Of a stretch of DNA of 64,000 nucleotides, positions 49,096 to 59,917 are shown piece by piece. Under the pieces are notes generated by a model. The model saw nothing but the letters and a program-made list of their open reading frames with translations. It did not search any database and was not told the origin of the DNA. Numbering within the stretch: the stretch's first letter is position 1; every line of letters starts with the position of its first letter. The DNA is from Candidatus Helarchaeota archaeon (GTDB lineage: Archaea > Asgardarchaeota > Lokiarchaeia > Helarchaeales > RDOG01). A program made the position numbers and the translations under genes. The DNA lies in assembly GCA_019058315.1 (NCBI GenBank), contig JAHPZH010000001.1:1073432-1137431 (forward strand). The letters are read 5' to 3'.

Positions 49096-50412
49096 TTGAA
49101 TTTAATGGATATCGACTTCTCTAAATTTAAATTGGGAATACCTGTTAAAGAATTTTCACTTATTTCAATCTTTTCACTCATCTCAATTATATTTAATTTT
49201 GGAATATTTGAGCAAGACTCAACACAATATATTTATATGGCTCTTCATTTCATAAATCAACCACCATATGAATTTATCCTTTTTTTTCTCCATATCGCAA
49301 TGTTAACAACCTTTGTTAGATTAATTCGTCCACTAGTTCCATTTTTAGCGGGTTGGTTAAATAATATTTTTTATTTTGGAAATGTCCCTGCTTTCTCCTT
49401 TTGGACTGGACTTTGGCAATTACCATTTGGTATTATTAATGGGATTTTTAGTTTTTTAGCATCGCTTATATTATATAAATTAGTATTTCATTTAACTGAA
49501 GATTCTGAGAAATCGGTAATTGCCGTTATGTTGTTTAATTTTTGCGATATTATGTTCTTTAATTCAATGATATTAATAGAAGGAGGGACATTGTTTTTTT
49601 CAATTTTATTGGTTTATTTAATCATCTGTAAACCATATAACGATAATTATCTCAATAGTATTATTTTGGGTGCAGTAATTGGATTAGCTGGATTAACACG
49701 TGAAACGTTGTTATTAACTGGTGTTATTTTATTTCTTGGTTATTCGATCTATAAAATAAGGGATTTGCTGGACTTTTCTAACCTCAAGAAGTTCTTGCTA
49801 TCAGGCTCAATTGCAATTGCAATTTATGGTAGCTATGTCCTTATTTTAGGTCTCAACACTTATTTCTCTTGCTTATATGTCTTTTTTAATTTAAATTTAT
49901 CAAATCTAGTTTCTTTTTTTGTTCCTCAATCTATATTTTCGAAAATCCCGAGTGCATTAGTTGGTTTTGGAAAATCAATGATTAATCTTTTTAGATATCT
50001 GGTGATTTTTTTTATCTTGGGATTGATTCAAATATATATTTCCAAAAAATCCAAAGAAAGTAAGATTTTAATCACTATTTACTTAATTTCTTTCTTTTTA
50101 CCACTATTATTTTCTCCTTTTATAGTTGAACGTTTTCTCTTTCCATTTTATTTAGTTTCAACTTACATTTGTGTTGAAGGGATTTATAGTGTCGAAGAAA
50201 ATAAAGTTTGGACTTACTCTGTTGTCATTTCTATAGCTTTTTTAAATTCAATTTTTGTTATTTTTTTCTATCCTTATACATTTTTACAACAATTGACAAA
50301 TACAGGGATTAGAAATTTTCTATTTTTTTTGATTTTTATTTATATCGGAGTTACTTTGGCATTTCTTTTATATAATAGATTTTTTATTAAAAATGAGATA
50401 AATGATGTTTAA
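49096..50412 (+). CDS. Multi-pass membrane protein, GT-C glycosyltransferase-like
   Basis: DSTQY loop, RPLVP, LTRE, ERFLFP; about 12 TM segments. Confidence 0.6.
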   Translation: MNLMDIDFSKFKLGIPVKEFSLISIFSLISIIFNFGIFEQDSTQYIYMALHFINQPPYEFILFFLHIAMLTTFVRLIRPLVPFLAGWLNNIFYFGNVPAFSFWTGLWQLPFGIINGIFSFLASLILYKLVFHLTEDSEKSVIAVMLFNFCDIMFFNSMILIEGGTLFFSILLVYLIICKPYNDNYLNSIILGAVIGLAGLTRETLLLTGVILFLGYSIYKIRDLLDFSNLKKFLLSGSIAIAIYGSYVLILGLNTYFSCLYVFFNLNLSNLVSFFVPQSIFSKIPSALVGFGKSMINLFRYLVIFFILGLIQIYISKKSKESKILITIYLISFFLPLLFSPFIVERFLFPFYLVSTYICVEGIYSVEENKVWTYSVVISIAFLNSIFVIFFYPYTFLQQLTNTGIRNFLFFLIFIYIGVTLAFLLYNRFFIKNEINDV

Positions 50413-50565
50413 TAGAAAGTTATTCTATGAGAAAATGATAGATATTTTTTAGGTTATTAGAGATTAAATATATCTAAAATCAAACAAACCAAATTTGAAT
50501 ATCTTCCAGCTAATAATAGCCAGATTAAAATAAATTTTTTATGAAAATTAATGAAGTTATAAAAT

Positions 50566-51198
50566 ATGAATCCCTTATTCAAGAAGATCCAAACAAATTT
50601 AAAAGATTATAAAAAATTTTCACTAAAAGATAAGCGTTTAAGACATTCTGGTGTTTTATTATTATTATTTATGAAAAATAATGAACCTCATGGAATATTT
50701 ACAAAAAGAACTAGAAATTTAAAGAAACATAAAGGTGAAATTTCTTTACCAGGTGGAGGTATGGAGGAGGGAGATAAAAGTGTATTAGACACTGCATTTC
50801 GAGAAACCGAAGAAGAAATAGCTCTTAATCGCTCCAAAATTAACATATTGGGAGAATTAGATGATCTATTCACTATTTCAGGATATATTATAACACCTTT
50901 TGTGGGTTATTTCGAATATCCTTATAAATTTAAAATAAATCAAGATGAAGTTGAAGAACTTATTGAGGTTCCTCTATCAGTTTTTCAAAATACAAATAAT
51001 TTTCGCGAAGAAAATTGGGGTTATGGAGGGGATCAATATCCTGTATATTATTATGAATATAACTCAGGGAAAAAGACATACATCATATGGGGGGCAACAG
51101 GTTACATAATGAATGGTTTTATTGATTTAATTTTTAATTTCAATCCCTCAAAAACTAAATATAAGCGGCGTAACCCAGATCTTATGTTTAAAAGGTAA
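50566..51198 (+). CDS. Nudix CoA pyrophosphatase
   Basis: HKGEISLPGG, TAFRETEEE, IWGATG. Confidence 0.92.
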   Translation: MNPLFKKIQTNLKDYKKFSLKDKRLRHSGVLLLLFMKNNEPHGIFTKRTRNLKKHKGEISLPGGGMEEGDKSVLDTAFRETEEEIALNRSKINILGELDDLFTISGYIITPFVGYFEYPYKFKINQDEVEELIEVPLSVFQNTNNFREENWGYGGDQYPVYYYEYNSGKKTYIIWGATGYIMNGFIDLIFNFNPSKTKYKRRNPDLMFKR

Positions 51199-51269
51199 AT
51201 AATAGAAATTAAATAGCAACTAGTAATAAGTTAAAAAGAATTTGCAATTAATTTTTTATTAGGGAAATT

Positions 51270-51809
51270 CTAAATTTCAGGTAGGTTCGCTTGTTTTTTT
51301 GCTTTATGGATAATTACATTTTCTGCAATTTTATGGAACATAGAATTCACGGTGTCTCCAGTTTTTGCTGAAGTCTCTAAAACGGGATATCCATCTTTAG
51401 TTTTTGAAAATGCGATAGCTTCATCTAATTCAACATTCCTATCTTCTACAAGGTCTTTTTTATTACCCACCATTAAATAAGGGACATCTCCAGATATTTT
51501 TTTAATATTAGTTATCCAATTTTCTAGATTTGCAAAGGTATTTCTTCTCGTTAAATCAAAAATAATGATAGCTCCATCAGCGCCTTGTAAATAGAGATGT
51601 AGCTTAGTTTGCCATTTATGTTGTCCTCCGATATCCCAAATTATGAGGCTAGTTTCCACATCTTTTACCATTATTTTCTTTGTTAAAAATTCAACTCCAA
51701 GCGTAGGTATGTAGTTTTCTTTAAATTTATTCTCAATATACCGAAGGATAAGAGAGGTTTTTCCAACTCCTGGGTCTCCTACGATGCAAATCTTAAAAGC
51801 TAGCTTCAT
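51270..51809 (-). CDS. Rab-like small GTPase
   Basis: GDPGVGKT, PTLGVEF, WDIGGQ, NKKD, ETSAK. Confidence 0.93.
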   Translation of the reverse strand: MKLAFKICIVGDPGVGKTSLILRYIENKFKENYIPTLGVEFLTKKIMVKDVETSLIIWDIGGQHKWQTKLHLYLQGADGAIIIFDLTRRNTFANLENWITNIKKISGDVPYLMVGNKKDLVEDRNVELDEAIAFSKTKDGYPVLETSAKTGDTVNSMFHKIAENVIIHKAKKQANLPEI

Positions 51810-51981
51810 TTAATTACAGATCCTTGCTATTTTTCCAAAAATGAATTATCCTAATTTAATATTTATCTAATCCTTAAATTTACCCGTTATAATCTAAAAT
51901 TATTGTTTACAAAATTATGTATATAGTAATGTATTAATAATTTAGCTATTATTATAATTTCGCTGAAAAAATGAATTTTTC

Positions 51982-52518
51982 CTATTGTCTTAATTTAGCT
52001 TTTTGTATTATAATTTTTTCAGCTATACTTTGAAACATTTCATTTACTGTTTCCCCAGTTTTTGCAGAAGTTTCAAGTAAATCATTAATACCCCTCTTTT
52101 TTAGTTTGGCAAGCGCTTGTTCATATATAACATTTCTGGATTCTTCTAAATCATTTTTATTTCCAATTATCATAAAAGGAATTTTTCCAGCATGTTTCTC
52201 TATTTGATTTATCCAGAAGTCTAGTTGATCAAATGTTCTTTGCCGAGTCGTATCATAAATAATTAAAATTCCATCAGCACCTCGTAGATAAAGGTGTAAC
52301 CTATCTTTCCAGACTTTATCCCCCCCAATATCCCAGATAATTAAATTAACTGGAATATTGCTTTTTCCAACTGCTACCTTTTTTGTTAAGAAGTCTACCC
52401 CTAACGTGGGGATGTAATTGTCTTGAAATTTATTTTCTATATAACGAATTATAAGTGATGTCTTGCCTACCGCAGGCTCGCCTACGATACATATTTTAAA
52501 AGATAATTTCAATGACAT
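51982..52518 (-). CDS. Rab-like small GTPase with switch II Gln replaced by Asp
   Basis: GEPAVGKT, PTLGVDF, WDIGGD, NKND, ETSAK. Confidence 0.93.
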   Translation of the reverse strand: MSLKLSFKICIVGEPAVGKTSLIIRYIENKFQDNYIPTLGVDFLTKKVAVGKSNIPVNLIIWDIGGDKVWKDRLHLYLRGADGILIIYDTTRQRTFDQLDFWINQIEKHAGKIPFMIIGNKNDLEESRNVIYEQALAKLKKRGINDLLETSAKTGETVNEMFQSIAEKIIIQKAKLRQ

Positions 52519-52688
52519 TTTTGTATATCTCTAACTCTCTCGACTGAATAAAAGTTTGATTTTCTAATTTAAAAATATATGGAAATTGGTAAATTAATAA
52601 ACTTTTTTTATTAAATCTTAATAATCCATTATTTACAAAATTTAATGATAAAGGGAATCCCAAGAGTGATGTAAAAGTCGGAATATAA

Positions 52689-53603
52689 TTAAATTTTTAG
52701 AATATTTTTAGCATTATCTGCAAATAACATATTTTTTTCTTCATTTGTAAAATTCAAAGATGCTACTTTTTGTGCATCTTTAGTAGGATTGCACCATGGG
52801 TAGTCGGAACTCCACATGACACGTTCTACTCCAATATCACGAATTAATTCAATAGCTTGATCATCTTTTAAAATACCCCACATTTTTCCACTCGAAATTG
52901 CTCGTGAGCAATCGAAATATAAATTATTATCAAATTTTTTTGCTAATGCTCGAGATTCTTCATAAAAACCAATACCAAGGTGTGCCAAAACTAGAGTTAA
53001 ATCGTCAAAAGTTTCTAAAACTTCAGTAAAATGTTTTGGTTGAGTGTATTGGATATTATCAGGAGTAAAGAATGCCCCAGAATGGGTGATTATTGGTAGT
53101 TTTAATTCAATTGCCTTTTCATAAACTGGCCACATTCTTTTATCATAAGGAAAAAAACGTCCATTTCCTGGATGCAGTTTTATTCCTTTGACATTTCTAT
53201 TTTTAACTTTATCTAACAATTCAGTTATCATTGCAGAACCGCATAAAGGATCCAAGCTAACATAAGCGATAAGTTGTTCATGCTTATCTGCCATATCACA
53301 AGTCCAATCATTTCTTCTAATATTTCTTCCTGTCATTTTTTCAATTATTTTCTTTTCCTCTTCTTTATTTTCTGCTGGTGTCAAATTCTTAGGTAATTTT
53401 TTTAAGGCTGCGTCAGCCATCTCTCTAACAGGTGTCATATTCACTTGTATCGCTTTGGATATAATATTTCCCATATTTTGAAGTAATTCCTCTATTGTTC
53501 CTGTCATTCCTGATACTCCTGTCCCTTGCATAGCTTGTAATCCAATTTTAGAATTTGGATACGTATGAACATGCATATCAATAATTTCAAATTCTTCAAG
53601 CAT
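52689..53603 (-). CDS. Amidohydrolase_2 family protein
   Basis: IDMHVH, GIKLHP, HSG, AHLG, SDYP. Confidence 0.88.
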   Translation of the reverse strand: MLEEFEIIDMHVHTYPNSKIGLQAMQGTGVSGMTGTIEELLQNMGNIISKAIQVNMTPVREMADAALKKLPKNLTPAENKEEEKKIIEKMTGRNIRRNDWTCDMADKHEQLIAYVSLDPLCGSAMITELLDKVKNRNVKGIKLHPGNGRFFPYDKRMWPVYEKAIELKLPIITHSGAFFTPDNIQYTQPKHFTEVLETFDDLTLVLAHLGIGFYEESRALAKKFDNNLYFDCSRAISSGKMWGILKDDQAIELIRDIGVERVMWSSDYPWCNPTKDAQKVASLNFTNEEKNMLFADNAKNILKI

Positions 53604-53687
53604 AAAATCACTAAATAAATTTGATTAAAATCTTATTAAATTGTAAAAAAAAAGTTATTAAATTTATTTTATCAACACTCTATGATA

Positions 53688-54962
53688 TCACTTTAACATC
53701 TCAATAAAGGCTTCAACTCTAGTCCTTATTTGAGCTGAAGCGTAATTTCGAGGATCGACAACATCACCATCAATTTCAAGTATTGGTATTCCAGTTTCTT
53801 CATTAAGTGTGTCTTTAGTTAAAGTGGCTATACTGCAAAAGTTCTTACATCCCCAATGTAAGAAATCAATTGCTGCATCAACATCAAGCAATTTTATGAT
53901 TTCTAGATCCTTATCAATCCTCTTTTGTGCATCTCCGTTGCTGAAAATTGATGTATATTTATTTGCTAGAGCATCAATTATATTTTTACCTTCTGCCACA
54001 TCCCACCATAAGAGAGCGGGCTCTGGAAAAACCACGATACCCCCAATAGACTCAATATGTTTAATTAATTTTAGATCATGCATTGGTGGAAAATGAAGCC
54101 ACAGGATTCGGATCGCATCCTCATTAACCACTCCGATACCATCTTTAATCCTTTGTTCTATTTCACTGCATAATGACTTATAAAAATATTCAGTTCTGCC
54201 CATATCTCCGTAAAAATTTGTAATTGGTGCATAATGTGCAATACTTTCTATTCCACCAATTGGAACTGGTCTAGCTCTTCGTAACTCATATGAACGCCGA
54301 AAACACTTTGATGCTTCATTTGATACTTCAACAATAGCTTCTAGTTTTTCATAATCAAGTTTATTTCCAGTAAACTCTTCTAAAAATTCAATAAGTCTTA
54401 ATAATTCTTCTTTGTAATAATTTATTGCTTCTGGATCATTATTTCTATAAGGAGTTGACATATGATGAACTGGAATTCCTGCAAGGTAACTCGTCACTTC
54501 AAAAGATTTACCTTGAGCATCACATCCAGTGCCAGTTGTTGAAACTAGCATGTCTGCTTGTGGGGAACTATTAAGAAGACTAGAACCAATTAAATGACTG
54601 TCAAAAGAACATGAATCTCTTGATATTCCATAACTCTCTGCCATCTCAAAATCCTTTATAGCAAAACCTAATGTGGAACTTAATGATGCCATTAGTTCGG
54701 GTCCAAATGGGATAATGTCAAAAGCATAAAATATCTCAGTTGGGGCAGGCAAGTTAACCCAAGCTAATAAATTTCCATTTTTTTTTGCATTAAAAGACGA
54801 GTAAAAATGATCGATAAAAAAATTTATTACTTCGGTATTACATTTAAGCTTCTCATCTAAACCAACAAGATTTAAAAGATAACTTGCCATTAATGGTTTC
54901 ATTTTTTGGTCATCTGCTAATTGAATAGCTTTTCTCATTCCTAATTTTGAAATATTAAACAT
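53688..54962 (-). CDS. 2-hydroxyacyl-CoA dehydratase subunit (HgdA/B, BcrB/C family)
   Basis: P.EIFYAFD, DSCS, GCD, WGCK, DGD..DPR...Q..TRVEAFIE. Confidence 0.88.
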   Translation of the reverse strand: MFNISKLGMRKAIQLADDQKMKPLMASYLLNLVGLDEKLKCNTEVINFFIDHFYSSFNAKKNGNLLAWVNLPAPTEIFYAFDIIPFGPELMASLSSTLGFAIKDFEMAESYGISRDSCSFDSHLIGSSLLNSSPQADMLVSTTGTGCDAQGKSFEVTSYLAGIPVHHMSTPYRNNDPEAINYYKEELLRLIEFLEEFTGNKLDYEKLEAIVEVSNEASKCFRRSYELRRARPVPIGGIESIAHYAPITNFYGDMGRTEYFYKSLCSEIEQRIKDGIGVVNEDAIRILWLHFPPMHDLKLIKHIESIGGIVVFPEPALLWWDVAEGKNIIDALANKYTSIFSNGDAQKRIDKDLEIIKLLDVDAAIDFLHWGCKNFCSIATLTKDTLNEETGIPILEIDGDVVDPRNYASAQIRTRVEAFIEMLK

Positions 54963-54972
54963 TTAATTACCC

Positions 54973-56109
54973 CTATATCATTTCTAAAAATGCTTCAATT
55001 CTTGTTCTTAGCTGCCCAATATCCAATTCTGAATAATCAGTATCTAAACGTAAGAGTGGAATATCCCTCTCTTCAATCTCTTTTTTAAATATTGGATAAT
55101 CATATTGAAAAGTTTCACAGAATTTAAGATTATGATATACGACACCATCAATTCTATATTCCCTAGTTAATTTTAGGACATGGTCTAATCTTTTCTTTAC
55201 TGATTTCATCCTCGGACATGGGATTTGTAGAAAATAACGTTCAGAAATTGCTTCCATAGGACTTTTAGAATTATCCACTAAATCCCAGAAATATCTAGAA
55301 CCAGTACATAGATCGTCTGCAACAATTAATCCACCAAGTTCTTCGATGAGATTTAATACTTTATAATCCCCATCCGCAATAATACTTCCTGTGAATAGAA
55401 TTCTAGGACCTTTTTTTAAACCTTTTGAATTTTTTTCTAATTCATCTTTTAATTTATCAAGAAATTCATTACTAGATTCTCTTTCTAATGTCATTACGGC
55501 TTGAACTATTTTAATCGAGTCTGTACCTGATATTGGTGGCTTATTTGACTTTCTTAACTCATAAATTTGTTTTAATAACGAACGAGTTTTATTATAAATA
55601 TTAATTGAGTTTATTAATTTATCATCAGTTATTTTATTTCCCGAAAATTGTTCTAATGCTTTTTTAAATCGAATTACCTCTTTGTTAAAATAATTTAATG
55701 CTCCACCTTCGAATACCCTTGGAAGATCTAATTGAAAGAAAAATGATTTTTTAACATACTTTTCCCATACATATGGTAGACGGTGTATAGCATCACAAGT
55801 ATGAGTAGATGCAATACCATCAAGAAAATCATATTGTCCATTTAGAGCATATCCTAAGCATGACCTTGCAAATGGGCATAAATTTCTTTGAAGATATGTA
55901 TCGGCAAAAGATGTAGGTTTTTCTTCGCCACCTTTAAATACACGATAAGGAATAATACCAGCAGCGTGTATTAATTCTTCTGGAGTGTAAATACATAGCC
56001 AACCTAGAACCTTTTTTCCTAAAGTTTTTTCTTTTATAATTTCATTAATTCTAGATGATTTTTTATCAAGAATTTTATTGATATAACTAATCAACAAACT
56101 CATTTTCAA
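54973..56109 (-). CDS. 2-hydroxyacyl-CoA dehydratase subunit
   Basis: PEELIHAAG, CPFARS, TCD, DDLCTG, KFC, GQLRTRIEAFLE. Confidence 0.9.
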   Translation of the reverse strand: MKMSLLISYINKILDKKSSRINEIIKEKTLGKKVLGWLCIYTPEELIHAAGIIPYRVFKGGEEKPTSFADTYLQRNLCPFARSCLGYALNGQYDFLDGIASTHTCDAIHRLPYVWEKYVKKSFFFQLDLPRVFEGGALNYFNKEVIRFKKALEQFSGNKITDDKLINSINIYNKTRSLLKQIYELRKSNKPPISGTDSIKIVQAVMTLERESSNEFLDKLKDELEKNSKGLKKGPRILFTGSIIADGDYKVLNLIEELGGLIVADDLCTGSRYFWDLVDNSKSPMEAISERYFLQIPCPRMKSVKKRLDHVLKLTREYRIDGVVYHNLKFCETFQYDYPIFKKEIEERDIPLLRLDTDYSELDIGQLRTRIEAFLEMI

Positions 56110-56319
56110 AATCCCTTAGGTTCGCTAAAAAAATTAATTAATTCTTTATTAAAATTAATCAAAATAAAGAATTATGACGTAGTACATACATAATAAGTCA
56201 TACGCAAATATTGCTTAATTATGACATATTATATAACCAAAAAAAATTAAAAAAAGAAAAAATTTAATTAAAAATGAGAATGAATTTACTCGATGTTCAA
56301 TTTCTTTTTTCCTTATGTA

Positions 56320-57993
56320 TTATGAAACTTTTTCTCGTGCCTCTAATATTTGTTCAACTACTTTATCTATTGATTTTTTATTTGTAAATGGACTCATTAT
56401 GAAACTTTTAATTGCACTTATCATCTTTTTTGGTTGATATGTTGTAGATCTATAGGCTTCTGTGATAGATAATGCAACCCCTTCACCTTTATAAGCCTTT
56501 TCAACGGTATAATCAAATATTTTTCGATTATACTTGTTATATTTTTCAACATCTTTTGCATAGCTAGGGTCTTTAAATTCTTTTTGCGTTTGTTCTCGTG
56601 ATTTTATCCCATTTGGATAAACACGGAATAATGTCACAGATCCATAATTGTAATCGTTGAGTACATCGATGAATTCATAACTTTCTAATTTATCTCTTAA
56701 TAATTCTGCCATTTCAACAACATGACCGATTATAACGCGATAGCCTTCTTTTCCCAATAATTTTAAATTAGCCATGCCATTAATTGGACCACTAGCATCT
56801 CTAGAACATTCTAATGTAAATATTCCTGGATGATATTGTCCAGTTTGATATAGATAAGGCATTACACCAGTATCACGTGATATAAGATTTAAATCTTCCC
56901 TATTTTTAATTAAGATTAGACTAGAGATATATGGTGCATATCCAGTTTTGTGAAAATCAATTCCAACACTATCCGCAAGTTTTAGGTTCTCTATTAATTG
57001 TGAAGTAGCAACTAAACTCGCTAAAGTTCTTTCCTTAAAACCAAGAGGATTTGATTCGAAATCATAATCGTTGAATACTGCCCAGATCCAGCCTATCACA
57101 GCATCGGCATGAATGTGTGGTTTATAAGATAGATTATAATCTTTAACCATTTTATCTCGAATTTCTACAATCCCCTCTATATTATCAATTCCAAAGGCAT
57201 CTGTAGTTCCTTCAGTAGCAGTTATACAAGCAATTCTTTGATCTGATTCTATTGCTTCTCTTAACTTTTCATCTAATTTAGCTAGCAACATATCATTATT
57301 TTGAGAGGTTGGAATTATTACTACATTGTCAGTTCCTATGCCTAACCACTGGGAACAACTATATTTTGTATAATGAGCACAATCTGAAGCAAAAATTTTT
57401 ACTTGTTCTTTTGTATTTTGAAGCCCTTTGTTAAAAGTTCCTGGTGCGCATTTTTCAAGCCCGATTTTAATCCCATAGAGATTTGTTCCAGTCCCACCAA
57501 AAGTAAAAACCCCACTGCTTTTATTAGAATCATATCCTATTAGATTACATAACATAGATACTGCTTCAATTTCGGCAAGGGCCAATCTGTGAGAGTATTC
57601 ATCAGATACAATATTTGCATTTGTAATACAACCAGCAATTTTTGCGATAATTCCAGAAATCGGTGGAGGACCTATTACATTCATCATTGCGTTTTGGTGG
57701 CTCCAATTATACATTCCTTTGCAATAATCAATAATTTGATGAATAATAGTTTCAAGATTTGAAATTTTTTCAGGCATCTTTAATTTAAGAGCTTTTTTAT
57801 ATAATTCATCGATATTATCTCTAACTCCTCCAAATATTGGGACTTCACTTTTTAAATCATCGAAATAATCGAGAAAATGGGAAATTGTAAATATAAAATA
57901 GCCGTCCATTATCCTATTACTTGTAGGTGCTTGAAAAAATGTTAAAATTTTATTTAATTTTTCCTCATAAGGTGAGTTTGCCATTTTAATCAA
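56320..57993 (-). CDS. Group II PLP-dependent decarboxylase
   Basis: FGGT..N, AHY, GTT, HADA, DFHK (PLP lysine). Confidence 0.9.
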   Translation of the reverse strand: MIKMANSPYEEKLNKILTFFQAPTSNRIMDGYFIFTISHFLDYFDDLKSEVPIFGGVRDNIDELYKKALKLKMPEKISNLETIIHQIIDYCKGMYNWSHQNAMMNVIGPPPISGIIAKIAGCITNANIVSDEYSHRLALAEIEAVSMLCNLIGYDSNKSSGVFTFGGTGTNLYGIKIGLEKCAPGTFNKGLQNTKEQVKIFASDCAHYTKYSCSQWLGIGTDNVVIIPTSQNNDMLLAKLDEKLREAIESDQRIACITATEGTTDAFGIDNIEGIVEIRDKMVKDYNLSYKPHIHADAVIGWIWAVFNDYDFESNPLGFKERTLASLVATSQLIENLKLADSVGIDFHKTGYAPYISSLILIKNREDLNLISRDTGVMPYLYQTGQYHPGIFTLECSRDASGPINGMANLKLLGKEGYRVIIGHVVEMAELLRDKLESYEFIDVLNDYNYGSVTLFRVYPNGIKSREQTQKEFKDPSYAKDVEKYNKYNRKIFDYTVEKAYKGEGVALSITEAYRSTTYQPKKMISAIKSFIMSPFTNKKSIDKVVEQILEAREKVS

Positions 57994-58240
57994 CTTCTAA
58001 TAGATTTAAGCTCTATTTTTGGTAATTTAAATTAAAAATATTACGATATCCATTAATTTGATTATTACATTTAAAAAAATTTTGAATTTTACATGAAATT
58101 TGGAATTTTCATACAATTAATGCAAATTTGATGTAATTAAAAAATTAGAGCAATAATTATCATAAAAGCAATAGAAACTTTTTTTAGATTATTTTCATTT
58201 TGTTGCATAAAATAATAAAATACTAAAATTGGTGATTTAA

Positions 58241-59641
58241 ATGGGTGATACAAATCCTAGAGATGTTGTCGTCATAGATACAGTTCGTACTCCTATGGGT
58301 AAAGCTGGAGGAAGTCTTTCTGATATGGTAACTTCCCAAATGCCTGTAAAGTTGACAGAGGCATTGTTTGAACGGAACCCAGTATTATATGAACATGCAA
58401 GCGAATTTGAGGATGTCATAATCGGTTGTTGTTCTCCTATAGGTGGCGCAGCCTTGGATCTTGGACGAGTTGTATCCTTAGGAGCACAAAAAGTAATAGA
58501 TGGTAAAAAAGTTCCGATTTTTCCAGTAACAGTACCAGGTGTTCATTTGAATAGGCACTGTGCAAGTGGTCAAACTGCTATGCAAGTTGCATCTGCTTTT
58601 ATTTGGTCTAATATGGGCGATCTCTTTATTGCTGGTGGTGTAGAACAGCAGAGTAAATATCCAATCGGTATAGATGCAAATGAATATAAGTCAGTGGAAG
58701 TTCCTAAATATAAAGAATCAAGTGAACATCCAGGACTATATGAAAAAAAGAAAAAAACAACTAAACTATTCAAAAGATTAATGGCTATGCCTTACAAAGG
58801 TGTCATGGAGAATTATCCAACATTTGCATCACAACTAATATCCGCAGATAGAATTGCACAGACTTGGGGATTAACAAGGAAACAGCTTGATGAAATAGGT
58901 TGGTTAAGTCAGAAAAAGGCTACTCTTGCAATGAGAGCAGGAAAATTTAAAGATGAAATCATTCCTCTTCATGTAGATAAGGTAACTTATAGAAAGACTG
59001 GAGAGACAAAAAAGGATTTTATTTATGATTATGATGAAGTCATTAGAACAAATGTTGCCGATTGGCCTGTAGAAACTGCAATTGACAAAATGGGAGAATT
59101 AAAAACAGTTCCTGGTTGTAAATTCATGACTGCTGGGAATTCTTGTCCAACAAATGATGGCTCAAGTCTATTTCTTCTTGCAAGTAGAGAAAAAGCAGAA
59201 GAGTTAGGTTTAAAACCAAGGGCAAAAATCTTATCTTACGGTGTAGTTGGTTCTGATGTTTACCATATGTTGACTGGTCCTGCATATGCTATGGATAAAG
59301 CGATGAAACGAGCAAATTTGACCTTAAAAGACATGGAAATCATGGAAGTAAACGAAGCATTTTCATCTGTTACTATTGCATGCGGAATGATATTAAGTGA
59401 CGAATTAGGATATTCCAAATCTCAGAGCGATTTCTCTGCTGCGGGTGATTTTGCTATTGGTGGAAGAGTTAATCGTAATGGTGGTGCCATAGCTTTAGGC
59501 CATCCTACTGGGGCTTCTGGCGCGAGATTGCCTTGCACTATGCTTTACGAAATGGAAAAAGAAAAATATACTCATGGAATTGCTTCTCTTTGCGTTGGAT
59601 TCGGAATGGGAACTGCTGTTGTACTGGAACGAGAAGAATAA
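58241..59641 (+). CDS. Thiolase (acetyl-CoA C-acyltransferase)
   Basis: NRHCASG, NEAF, GHPTGASG, LCVGFGMG. Confidence 0.93.
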   Translation: MGDTNPRDVVVIDTVRTPMGKAGGSLSDMVTSQMPVKLTEALFERNPVLYEHASEFEDVIIGCCSPIGGAALDLGRVVSLGAQKVIDGKKVPIFPVTVPGVHLNRHCASGQTAMQVASAFIWSNMGDLFIAGGVEQQSKYPIGIDANEYKSVEVPKYKESSEHPGLYEKKKKTTKLFKRLMAMPYKGVMENYPTFASQLISADRIAQTWGLTRKQLDEIGWLSQKKATLAMRAGKFKDEIIPLHVDKVTYRKTGETKKDFIYDYDEVIRTNVADWPVETAIDKMGELKTVPGCKFMTAGNSCPTNDGSSLFLLASREKAEELGLKPRAKILSYGVVGSDVYHMLTGPAYAMDKAMKRANLTLKDMEIMEVNEAFSSVTIACGMILSDELGYSKSQSDFSAAGDFAIGGRVNRNGGAIALGHPTGASGARLPCTMLYEMEKEKYTHGIASLCVGFGMGTAVVLEREE

Positions 59642-59740
59642 AAGATTTCTAATATATTTTCCCTTATTTTTTACTATTTTTTTTATAATTTCAAAAAATA
59701 ACATATTATATTTTTATTGAAATTGTTCTTACATTCAAAT

Positions 59741-59917
59741 ATGACTGATATGATTTCTTGTGAATGCTTAAAGTGTCATTATAACTTCGAATTAAAAAGA
59801 GAAACTGTGAACAAATTAATTAATGGAGAATTATCGATCAATTGTCCCGATTGTGGTGTTGATTTGAAGTTTACAGAAATTATTGAAGATAACTTCGCTA
59901 TGGGTTCTCCGATTTGA
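59741..59917 (+). CDS. Small zinc-ribbon protein
   Basis: CLKC...CPDCG; the ATG at 59741 is more plausible than the TTG at 59717. Confidence 0.6.
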   Translation: MTDMISCECLKCHYNFELKRETVNKLINGELSINCPDCGVDLKFTEIIEDNFAMGSPI

